From assembly GCA_030390025.1 (NCBI GenBank), contig JASTWF010000334.1, positions 310,001-374,000 on the forward strand: a stretch of 64,000 nt of DNA, read 5' to 3'. Within the stretch, counting starts at the first letter, position 1. Each line of letters opens with the position of its first letter. The translations under genes were made by a program, and so were the position numbers. This document shows, in pieces, positions 25,701 through 37,700 of the stretch. Source of the DNA: Squalus acanthias (Eukaryota). Below the pieces are notes generated by a model. The model searched no databases, had not been told where the DNA came from, and worked only from the letters and a program-made list of their open reading frames with translations.

Positions 25701-28700
25701 AGGAGGTACTAGCGGTTTTAGTGGGCTTAAAAGTGGATAAATCCCCAGGCCCAGACGAGATGTATCCCAGGCTGCTGTGTGAGGCAAGGGAGGAGATTGC
25801 AGGGGCTCTGACACAAATTTTCAGAACCTCTCTGGCCACAGGGGAGGTGCCAGAGGACTGGAGGACAGCTAACGTAGTACCATTATTCAAGAAGGGTAGT
25901 AGGGATAAACCAGGGAATTACAGGCCAGTGAGCCTAACATCAGTGGTAGGGAAATTATTGGAAAAAATTCTGAGGGACAGTATTAGTCTCCACTTGGAGA
26001 GGCAAGGATTAATCAAGGATAGTCAGCATGGCTTTGTCAGGGGAGATCATGTCTAACCAATTTGATTGAATTTTTCGAGGGGGTGACTAGGTGTGTGGAT
26101 GAGGGTAGTGCAGTTGATGTAGTCTACATGGACTTCAGTAAGGCTTTTGACAAAGTCCCGCATGGGAGACTGGTCAAGAAGGTAAGAGCCTATGGGATCC
26201 AGGGCAATTTGGCACATTTGATCCAAAATTGGCTTAGTGGCAGGAAGCAGAGGGTGATGGTCGAAGGTTGGTTTTGTGACTGGAAGCCTGTGTTCAGAGG
26301 TGTACTGCAGGGATCAGTGCTGGGTCCTTTGCTGTTTGTAGTGTACATTAATAATTTAGATATGAATGTAGGAGGTATGATCAGTAAGTTTGCAGATGAC
26401 ATGAAAATTGGTGGAGTGGTAAATAGCGAGGAGGGAAGCCTCAGGCTACAGGACGATATAGACGGGTTGGTCAGATGGGCAGAACAGTGGCAAATGGAAT
26501 TTAACCCTGAAAAGTGTGAGGTGATGAATTTTGGGAGGACTAACAAGGCAAGGGAATACACAATGAATGGTAGGACTCTAGGAAGGACAGAGGATCAGAG
26601 GGATCTTGGTGTGCATGTACATAGATCCCTGAAGGCAGCAGGACAGGTAGATAAGGTGGTTAAAAAGGCATATGGGATACTTGCCTTCATTAGCCGAGGC
26701 GTAGAATATAAGAGCAGGCAGGTTATGATGGAGCTGTACAAAACGCTAGTTAGGCCACAGCTGGAATACTGTGTGCAGTTCTGATCGCCACACTATAGGA
26801 AGGATGTGATTGCATTGGAGAGGGTGCAGAGGAGATTCACCAGGATGTTACCTGGGCTGGAGCGCTTCAACTATAAAGAGAGACTGGACAGGCTGGGGTT
26901 GTTTTCCTTAGAGCAGAGAAGGCTGAGGGGAGACCTGATTGAGGTGTACAAAATTATGAGGGGCATAGATAGAGTAGATAGAAAGGTACTTTTCCCCTTA
27001 GTAGAGGGGTCAATAACCAGGGGGCATAGTTTCAAGGTAAGGGGCAGGAGGTTTAGAGGGGATTTGAGGAAAAACTTTTTCACCCAGAGGGTGGTTGGAA
27101 TCTGGAACTCACTGCCTGAAAGGGTGGTAGAGCCAGGAACCCTCATAACATTCAAGAAGCATTTGGTGAGCACTTGAAATGCCATAGCATACAAGGCTAC
27201 GGACCAAGTGCTGGAAAATGGGATTAGAATAGACAGGGCTTGATGGCCGGTGCGGACACGATGGGCCGAAGGGCCTCTTCCTGTGCTGTATAACTCTATG
27301 ACTCTATGACATAGGTAGAAAGAGAGATGAAGTTCTGCAGGCAGATTTTAGGGACCTGGGAAAGAGATTATTAAGCAGGAACTCAAAGGTAGGGAGGGTT
27401 TAAACTAGCTTGGCAGGGGGTTGGGAACCTGAGTGTAGATTCAGAAGGGAGAGAAGAAAGGCTGGAAATGGAAGGCAGTAAATTAGTAAGTGAGTTTGGA
27501 AGGCAGAGGGAGCAAAAGTTAGAAAATAGGCAACAAAGGAGTTTGGCAGTGCTTAATGGTATATACTTCAATGCAAGGAGTCTAGTGAATAAGGCACAGA
27601 CAGACGTGTGGAAGTATGATATCATAGCTATTACTGAAACATGGCTGAAAGAAGGGTAGGAATGGTAGCTCAACATTCCTGGTTACAGGGTTTTCAGATG
27701 AGTTAGAAAGGGGATATAAAAGGATGCAGGGGGGGATTTTCAGGGGGTGAGGGCGGGGACTGTGTGCAATATTAGTTAAATTAACAATTACAGCTGTGAG
27801 GAGGGACAATATCTTCGAAGGATTATCAAATGAGGCCATATGGGTTTAACTGAAGAACAGAAAAGGCAATCACACTGCTGGGAGTGTACTATAGACCCCC
27901 AAATAGTCCGAGGGAGATAGAAGAGGAAATACGTCGTCAAATTTCTGAGAAGTGCAAAAACAGTAGAGCAGTAATAGTGGGGATTTCAACTGCCCGAATA
28001 TTAACTGGGATAGAATCAGTGTAAAAGTTAGAGGGTGCAGAATTCTTAAAATGCATTCAGGAGAACTTATTTTTAAGCCAGTACGTAGCAAGCCCAACAA
28101 GAGAAAGGGTGGTTCTGGACTTAGTTTTAGGGAATGAAGCTGGGCAGGTGGAAGGGGCATCAGTGGGAGAGCATTTTGGTGGTAGTGAATATAATTCTCT
28201 TAGATTTAGCGTAGTTATGGAAAAGGGACAAAGATAAATCAGGAGTTAAAGTTCTCAATTGAGGAAAGGCCAATTTTACTAAGCTGAGATGTGATTTAGC
28301 AAAAGTGGATGGAAACAGCTACTTGAAGGTAAATCAGTGTCAGAGCAGTGGGAGGCATTCACGGAGGAGACAGTGAGGGTTCAGAGCAAATATGTTCCCA
28401 CAAAGAAAAAGGTGGAACTCCCAAATCTAGAGCCTCCTGGATGTCAATGAGCATACAGGATAGGATTAGGCAAAAAAGGGAAGCTTATGTCAGATACCGA
28501 GAGCTAAATACTGCAGAAAGCTTAGAGGAGTATAGAAAATCCGGGGGTGACATTAAAAAGGAAATTGGGAAAGCAAAGAGAGGGCATGAAAAATTATTGG
28601 CAAGTAAAATCAAGGAAAACCCAAAGATGTTTTATAAATACATAAAGAGCATAACTAAGGAAAAAGTAGGGCCTATTAGAGACCAAAAAGGTAACCTGTG

Positions 28701-31700
28701 TTTGGAGGCGGAACACGTGGGTATGGTTTTTAATGAATACTTTGCTTCTGTCTTCACAAAGGAGAGGGACGATGCAGACATTGTAGTTAAGGAGGAGGAG
28801 TGTGAAATATTAGATAAGATAAACACAGTGAAAGAGGAAATATTAAGGGATTTAGCATCTTTGAATGTAGACAAATTGTCAGGCCCGGATGAAATGTATC
28901 CCAGGCTGTTAAGAGAAGCAAGGGAAGAAATAGCGGAGGCTCTGACCATCATTTTCCAAACCTCTCTGGCTACAGGCAAGGTGCCGGAGGACGGGAGGAC
29001 TGCTAACGTTATAAACTTGAGGTCATCCAAACCTCTGCTACCCGTGTCTGAACACGCACCAAGTCCCGTTCACCCATCACCCCTGTGATCACTGACCTAC
29101 TTTGGCTCCCAATTAAGCACACCTCGATTTAAAAATTCTCATTGTTTTCAAATCCCTCCATGACCTCGTTCCTCCCCATCTCTAACCTCTTCCAGCCCCA
29201 CAACCCCCAGGGATATCTGCGCTCCTCTAATTCTGGCCTCTTTCGCATCCCTGAATTAAATTGCTCAAACATTGGTGGCTGTGCCTTCAGCTGCCAAGGC
29301 CCCAAGCTCTGGAATTCCCTCCGTAAACCTCTCCGGCTCTCGTTCCTCCTTTAAGAGGCTCCTTAAAATTTACTTCTTTGACCAAGCATTTGGTCATATG
29401 CCCTCATTTCTCCTTGTGTGGCTCAGTGTCAAATTTTGTTTCATAACGCTCCTTTGAAGCGCCAAGGGATGTTTTACTACTTTAAAGGCGCTATATAAAT
29501 TCAGGTTGTCGTTGTTGATTAAAAAGGGAGAAAGGGATGGACCTTGTAATTACAGTCCAGTCAGCCTAACCTCAGTAGTAGGCAAATTATGGAAAAAGTT
29601 CTGAGGGCCAGTTTTAATTGTCATTTAGAAAGACATGGAGTAATCAAGGCCAGTCAGCATGGATTTGTTAAGGGAAGGTCGTGTCTGAATAACTTGGGGT
29701 TCTGGAGGGCTCAGTACAAGTCTCTCGCTTTATGTGGTACATATCAATGATTTCAATTTCAATGTACGGATATGGTTAAGAAGTTTGCAGATGATACTTC
29801 TGGGGTTGCCCTCCGTAGAGCAGAGAAGTTTGAGAGGAGATTTGATAGAGGTGTTCAAATTCATGAGCAGTCTAGACAGAGTAGATAGAGAGAAACTGTT
29901 CCCATTGGTGGAAGGGTCGAGAACAAGTGGACACAGATTTAAGGTGATTGGCAAAAGAACCAAAGGCGACATGAGGAAAAACTTTTTTTACGCAGCGAGT
30001 GATTAGGATCTGGAATGCAGTGCCTGAAAGGGTGGTGGAGGCAGATACAATCGTGGCTTTCAAAAGGGAATTGGATAAGTACCTGAAGGAAAAATATTTG
30101 CATGGCTACGGGGAAAGGGCGAGGGAGTGGAACTAGCTTAAGTGCTCTTGCAGAGAGCCGGCACAGGCTTGACGGGCTGAATGGCCTCCTTCTGTGCTGT
30201 AACCATTCTATGATCCTATAATTCTACGATACAAAAATTGGCCATGTGATTGATAGTGAGGAAGAAAGCTGTAGACTGCAGGAAGATATCAATGGACTGA
30301 TCAGGTGGGCAGAAAAGTGGCAAATTCAATCCAGAGAAGTGTGAGATAATGCATTTGGAGAGGGCTAACAAGGCAATGGAATACAGAGTAAATGGTAGGA
30401 TACTGAGAAGTGTAGAGGAACAGAGGGACTTTGGAGTCCATGTCCGCAGATCCCTAAAGGTAGCAGGACAGGTAGATAAGGTGGTTAAAAAGGCATAAAG
30501 GCATACAGGATACTTTCCTTTATTAGCCAAGGCATAGAATATAAGAGCAGGGAGGTTATGCCTGAACAGTACAAAACACTAGTTAGGCCACAGCTAGAGT
30601 ACTGCGTACAATTCTGGTCACCACATTATAGGAAGGATGTGGTTGCACTAAAGAGGGTAAAGAGGAGATTTACGAAGATGCTGCCAGGACTGGAGAATTT
30701 GAACTATGAGGAAAGATTGGATAGGCTGGGGATGTTCTCTTTGGAACAGAGGAGGCTGAGGGGAGACTTAATTGAAGTGTATAAAATTATGAGGGGCCTA
30801 GATAGGAAGGAGATATCTCCCTGAGCAGAGAGGTCAATAACCAGGGGGCATAGATTTAAAGTAATTGGTAGAAGGATTAGAGGGAAGTTGAGAACTTTTT
30901 CACCCTGTGGGTGGTGGGGGTCTGGAAGTCACTGCGTGAAAGGGTGATAGAGGCAGAAACCCTCATCACATTTAAAAAGTACTTGGATATGCACTTGAAG
31001 TGCCGTAACCTACACTGCTACGTACCAAGAGCTGGAAAGTGGGATTAGGCTGGATAGCTCTTCTTCAGCCGGCACAGGCACGATGGGCAGATCATGTCTA
31101 ACGAACTTGGTTAAATTTCTTGAGGAGGTAAGGAACGTGGCAGATAAGGAAGTGTCTCTGGATGTTATTTATATGGACTTCCAGAAGGCATTTGATAAAG
31201 TTCCACATAAAAGACTTGACAAAATTTAAAGCACATGAAATTGGAGGCAACCTATTGGCTTGAATAGGGAATTGTTTTGGAGGTAGGACACAGAGATTAG
31301 GGATAATGGGTATGTACTCAAATTGGCAGGATGTGGCTAGTTGTGTCCCCCAGGGTTTGTATTGGGGACTCAGTTTTTCACTTTTCTATTTTATTCATTC
31401 ATGAGATTTGGGCATCACTGGCAAGGCCAGCATTTCTAGATGAATCCTCCACCATCAACATCCTGGGGGGTCACCATTGACCAGAAACTTGACTGGACCA
31501 GCCACAAATACTGTGGCAACAAGAGCAGGTCAGAAGCTGGGTATTCTGCGGCGAGTGTCTCCTCCTGACTCCCCTAAACCTTTCCACCATCTACAAGGCA
31601 CAAGTAAGGAGCGTGATGGAATACTCTCCATTTGCCTGGATGAGTGCAGCTGCAACAACACTCAAGAAGCTCAACACCATCCAGGACAAAGCAGCCCGCT

Positions 31701-34700
31701 TGATTAGCACCCCATCCACCACCTTAAACATTCACTCCCTCCACCACCGGCGTACCGTGGCTGCAGTGTGTACCATCTACAAGATGCACTGCAGCAACTC
31801 GCCAAGATTTCTTCGGCAGCACCTCCCAAACCCGCGACCTCTTCCACCTAGAAGGACAAGGGCAGCAGGCACATGGGAACACCACCATCTCCAAGTTCCC
31901 CTCCAAGTCATATACTATCCTGACTTGGAAGTATATCGCCATTCAGTCATCATCGCTTGGTCAAAATCCTGGAACTCCCTCCCTAACAGCACCTTGGGAT
32001 CACCTTCACATGGACTGCAGTGATTCAAGAAGGCGGCTCACCACCACCTTCTCCAGAGCAATTAGGGATGGGCAATAAATGCTGGCCTTGCCAGCGATGC
32101 CCACATCCCATGAACGAATAAATAAAAAATTATTTGGCCTGGAGAAGGTGGTGGTGAGCCGTATTCTTGAACCACTTCAGTCCTTGTGGTGAAGGTACTA
32201 TGGGGGAAAAATTTGTTTACTTTGCGCCTCCCGTTAGCGCCGTAAGAGGGCGCTAATGGGGAGCAAAGCAATTAGCGCCTGGGCGCGGCACCGCCAGCGC
32301 CTCCCGTGAAATTCAGCTGGAGTTTAGCAGCGGTGGTAACTGTTAGCGCCCCGCAGCGCTGCTCCGCCAGCAATGACGTCATCGCCGTGCGTAGTGCCCC
32401 GCTCGCGCCCCGGCCGCGATCTTCGGGGGCACCCCCCGACATACCGCCAGGACAAAGCAGCCCACTTGATTAGCACCCCATCCAGGGGTGCCTACCTGTG
32501 GCCGTCCCCAGCCTCCGTGAAGCACCCCCCGTGGTGGGGGCCGGCTGCTCTCCGTGAGCCTGGCAGTCCTCTTGAGTGCCGGGCTCGTTTGCCGGCACTC
32601 CCGATCCCTGGTGGCCCAGCTGGGCGTCGGGACGCGCGGTGCCAGGCCCCTCCCCTTTAAGAAGGAGAGGAAGGCCTGCAGTACCACGGCGTGACATTCC
32701 CTCACAGCGCCCCAAGAGGGAGGTGGGGCGCTTCCAGTAGCACCCCGCTTCCCTTTTGGGATGCTACCATTCAACTTCGGCCGCAGGGGTGCTAATTTTT
32801 TCAGGGTGCTAAAAGTAGCGCCCCGACGAAGTTAGCGCCCCAAAGGGGGCACGACTCAATTTTTCCCCCTATATTTATAAAAGAATTAGATGAAGGAATA
32901 GAGAGCCGTAGATCTAAGTTTGCTGATGACACTAAGTTAGGTGGCACAGTAAATAGTGTAGATAAAAGTAGAAAGTTGCAAAGGGATGTTGTTAGATTAG
33001 GTGAGTGGGCAAAACTGTGGCAGATGGAGGTCATCCACTTTGTCCGAAGAAAGATAGATCAGAATATTATTTAAATGGTGAGAAGCTAGGAAGTATGGAG
33101 GAGCAGCAGAGAGATTTAGGAGTCCAAGTACAGAAATCACTGAAAGCTAGTGGACAGGTACAAAAAAAATTAAAAAGACTAAAGACTAAAGGCTAAAAGC
33201 ACAGATTCTCCAGAATGATACTGGGGTTAAAAGGGTTAAATTATGAGGACAGGTTGCTCCGACTAGGCTTGTATTTCCTGAGTATAGAAGATTATGGTGC
33301 GATCTAATTGAGGTGCTTAGGATGATTAAAGGAATTGCTCAGGTAGATAGAGATAACCTTAAAATTAGAGCTAGGCTGTTCAGGGGTGATGTTAGGAAGC
33401 ACTTGTTCACACAAAGGGTAGTGGAAATCTGGCACTCTCTCCCAAAAAGCTGTTGAGGCTGTAGTCAATGGAAAATTAGGCAAGGGTATTAAGTGTTATG
33501 GAACCAAGGCGGGTAGATGAGTTCAGATAAAGATCAGCCATGATCTATTTGAATGGCGAACAGGTGCGAAGGGATGAATGGCCTACTTGTGTTCCTATGT
33601 TCCACACATCACCCCTGTGCGCGCTGAGCTACATTGGCTACCGGTCCAGTAATGCCTCGATAATAAGATTCTCACCCTCGTTTTCAAATCCCTCCATGGC
33701 CTCGCCCCTCCCCTATCTCTCTAACCACCTCCAAATGCTTTGTATTTGTCTTCACAAAAAACATTCTGGAAATAGTGTGGAATCAAGGGTCCAGTGAGAA
33801 TGAAGAACTTTAAAGAAATTAATATTAGTAAAGAAATAGTACTGCAGAAATTAATGGGGCTAAAAGCCAACAAATCCCCTGACATGATGGCCTACATCCT
33901 AGGGTTTTAAAAGAGGTGGTTACAGAGATAGTGCATGCATTGATTTTGATCTTCCAGAATTCTAGATTCTAGAATGGTCCCCGTGGATTGGAAGGTAGCT
34001 AATGTAACCCCGCTATTCAAGAAAGGAGGAAGGGAGAAAACAGGGAAATATAGGCCAGTTAGCCTGACATCAGTAGTTGGGAAAATGCTAGAATCTATTA
34101 TTAGGGATGTGGTAACAGGGCACTTACAAAATCAAAATATGATTGGGCAGAGTCAACATGGATTTCTGGAAGGGAAATTGTGTATGACAAATCTAATTGA
34201 GTTTTGAGGTTGTAACTAGCAGGCTAGATCAGGGGGAAACCAGTGGATGTAATGTATTTGGATTTTCAGAAAGTATTCGATAAGGTGCCACACAAGAGGT
34301 TATTACACAAAATTAGGGCTCATGGGATTGGGGGTAATATATTAGCATGGATTGAGGATTGGTCAACGGACAGAAAACAGAGAGTAGGAATAAATGGGTC
34401 ATTTTCGGGTTGGCAGGCTGTAAATAGAGGGGTACCCCAAGGATCAGTGCTTGGGCCTCAGCTACTTACAATCTATATCAATGACTTAGATGAGGGGACT
34501 GAGTGTAATGTATCCAAGTTTACTGACAATACAAAGCTAAGTGGGAAAGTAAGTTGTGAGGAGGATGCAAAGAGGCTGCAAGGGATAAAAACAGGTTAAG
34601 TGTGTGGGCAAGAACATGGCAGATGGAGTATAATGTGGAGAAAAGTGAAGTTATCCACTTTGGTAGGAAAACAGAATATTTATTAAATGGTGAGAGATTG

Positions 34701-37700
34701 GGAAATGTTGGTGTTCAGAAGGACCTGGCTTTCCTTGTACACGAATCACTGAAGGTTAACATGCAGGTACAGCAAGCAATTAGGAAAGTAAATGATATGT
34801 TAGCCTTTATTTCAAAAGGATTGGAGTGTAAGAGGAAAAAATTCTTAGTGCAATTATATAGGGCCTTGGTGAGACCACACCTGGAGTACTGTGTACAGTT
34901 TTGGTCTCCTTACCCAAGGTAGGACAGACTTGCCTTAGAGGGAGTACAAAGACTGATTCCTGCAATGGAGGGGATTGTCCTATGAGGAGAGATTGAGGAG
35001 ACTAGGCCTATATTCCCTAGAATTTAGAAGAATGAGAGGTGATCTCAATTAAACATATAAAATTCTTACAGGGCTTGACAGGGAGAATGTTTACCTTAGT
35101 TGGGAAGTCTTGAACTAAGGGTCACAGTCTCAGAATAAGGGATTCGCCATTTAGGACTGAGATGAGGAGAAATTTATTCACTCAAAGGGTTGTGAATCTT
35201 TGGAATTCTCTAACCCAGAGGTCTGTGGATGCACAGTCGTTGAGTATATTCAAAGCAGAGAGCGATAGATTTTTTTGGATATTAAGGGAATCAAGGGATA
35301 TGGAGACAGTGGGAAAATTGAGTTGAGGTAGAAGATCAGCCATGATTGTACTGAATGCCGGAGCAGGCTTGAAACGCCAAGTGGCTTACTCCTGCTCCTA
35401 TTTCTTATGTTCTCATGTTCTTATGTTCTTACAACCAGCCCTACAACCCTCGCGATCTCTGCACTCCCCCAATTCTGGCTTTTTGCACAACTGTGATTTT
35501 CACTGCTCAACCATTGGTGGCCGTGCCTTCAGCTGCCTTGGCCCAAGCTCTGTAATTCCCTCCCTAAACCTCTCTGACTCTCTTTACTCCTTCAAGCCAT
35601 TCCTTAAAACCTACATCATTGACCAAGCTTTTGGTCGCCTACCCTGGTGTAACTGGGTGGAGCCTGTACGATGCAAGCTCTGCCCATTTGTAGCTGAATT
35701 TTGCATGAGGGTCCTACAATCGGCGTAGGACCCGATTTGCATATTTAAGTAGGTTCAAGCCTGTTTCAGGCGGGCTGCTCGCCCATTTTCAGGCCGGGCT
35801 GAATATTGCGTCGGGTGGGCTTTGGGCATCAAAGGGGCGATCGAGGTGTCCTCCTACCGCCTGTTTCTTAAGTGCAAAATGGACAGGTGTGAGTTGACTT
35901 TCTCCCCCAATAAATTAAATTCCATTTTTATTTAATGACATTCTGGAATTTGTCCATTGTTCTGTGAAAGTTAAGTGAGTGGCCTTCATTTTTCTTTACC
36001 TATATTTTAACAGTTTTCGCATTATAAATGTTGACGTAAAGGAACAAGAAGTGCATACTATATACACGGTTTTAGTAATATATGGATCATTTCTTCCTTC
36101 AAATATTTAAAAGGGAATGTGTGGCCAACGTGCTCTCCTGAAAGTAGTAATACAAGTAGAATAAATATCATGGAAGTCCTAAACAGTCTAAAAGGGCTCA
36201 AAATAAATTAGCCCCAGGTATACAATTTATCTTGCTAATATCACATGGGGGAATTTAAATATTTAAATGCAAATAGATGAACATTGCCCAATAGGAAGGG
36301 AGCAAATGAATTGACCTGGGGAGACATTACAGACCCATTCAATGAAAGAGACCTGGGAAGACCATTCAATGTAAAACCAATAAACATTGGATGCATCTTG
36401 TCGGCTTTTGAAAATGTCTGAAATCTTAGCTGAACGGATACAGGTTTTTCACAACTATCTGCCCTTTCAATGGGCTGACAGCAGATCCTTTAAATGGACC
36501 TTGTCATCTTTGATCTGAAGAGCAGGATCTGGAGCCCAATCCTGTCCCCACCAAACTTCCACACAATGCATTTTGCAGAAGGTTTCACTGGATGGTGATC
36601 AGGACCAGGGAGTCGCGCTGATTTTACTCTTTTCTAATCCAGAGACACTCAGACCAGTTGTAACTCCCTCATCACTGTCCATGGATGAACCTGGGACCCT
36701 CCTTGTCTGTAGGGCTCATTGTCACAGTTCAGTGCCCTCAGTGTTTAATGTAGAATACAATGTAGACCATGTTACCCACTGATGGAACACACTGAGTCAA
36801 TCAGAACTGTCCAGATATAAACAAGAAGGTTCTTTCATTCTCTGTGTCTGGTCATATTTAGAAACACTGAGGAACAAAGCCAATAACTTAAAATGGAGAC
36901 TCCAGGGACTTACCTCAGCTTCTATCCAATTCTTTTTCTGAGGGACAAACTGGTAACAATAACCAAAATAAAATCTGCTGTTGAAACAATATCCGCTCCG
37001 AAGGACGTCACGTTTTTCAAGGTCCTGATCCTGATCCGTCTGTGTCTCCAGTTGCCCATTCTCCAATGTGCTACTCGGAGTATCAAAACCTGCAGTTAAA
37101 GGGAATTAGACTAAACAAGCTGCAATAGTCACAACAGCAATCCCCAAACCTTCAAAGCTTCTGATTTGTGAGGCTAGAAATTGATGGGCAGATGGTGGGC
37201 GGGGCCTGCACAGGGGGCGGGGCTTGCTCAGGGGTCATGGCTTTTCACCTTCCTGCACAAACCTGTCCTCACACACCATGTTTGTTTACATAGAATTATA
37301 TAGAAGTTACAGCACAGAATCAGGCCATTTGGTCCAACAAGTCAATGCCACAGGAGCCTCCTCCCTCTCTATTTACTTCCTCTAACTCTATCAGCATATC
37401 ATTCTATTCCTTTTCCCCTCATGTGCTTATCTAGCTTCACCTTAATGCATCTATGCTGTTCGCCTCAACTACTCCATATTGTAGCAAGTTCCAGATTCTC
37501 ACCACTCTCTGGGTAAAGAAGGTTCTCCTGAAATCCTTATTGGATTGATTGGTGACTATCTCATATTTATGACTCAAACTGGAATTTTTCATCAACTTTC
37601 CTTCAAATTTCCACACTTCCTTTGTCTTCACATGGTCCATTTCCGACTCTTCCCTTCCTTGGCTTCTCCATCTCCATTTCTGGGAATAGGCTGTCAACCA

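Larger units (their letters stand above)
18513..27310 (+). mobile_element. Middle full-length CR1 LINE (pieces 18513-20792 and 25232-27310), several stop codons
   Basis: GC-rich 5' UTR; ORF1 from 18863 (CSSC..CRKC, GDS); APE and RT of ORF2; tail (ACTCTATG)n. Confidence 0.88.
17640..30215 (+). mobile_element. Outer, degenerate CR1 LINE (pieces ~17640-18512 and ~27311-30215)
   Basis: The ORF1 motif HIGTND|IGR is split exactly by the inner insertion; decayed ORF2; TTCTATGA-type tail. Confidence 0.8.
30220..35430 (+). mobile_element. Stack of three truncated CR1 fragments (~30220-31090, ~31095-33600, ~33735-35430)
   Basis: Repeated RT motifs (DKVPH, PQGSVLGP, EYCVQFWSP) and CR1 tails. Confidence 0.8.

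Noticed and set aside
36573..36782. 69-aa ORF conserved at 62481-62690 as a small gene
   Set aside because: TTG start, antisense within an intron; 3 of 5 differences change amino acids; the similarity is explained by the inverted duplication.
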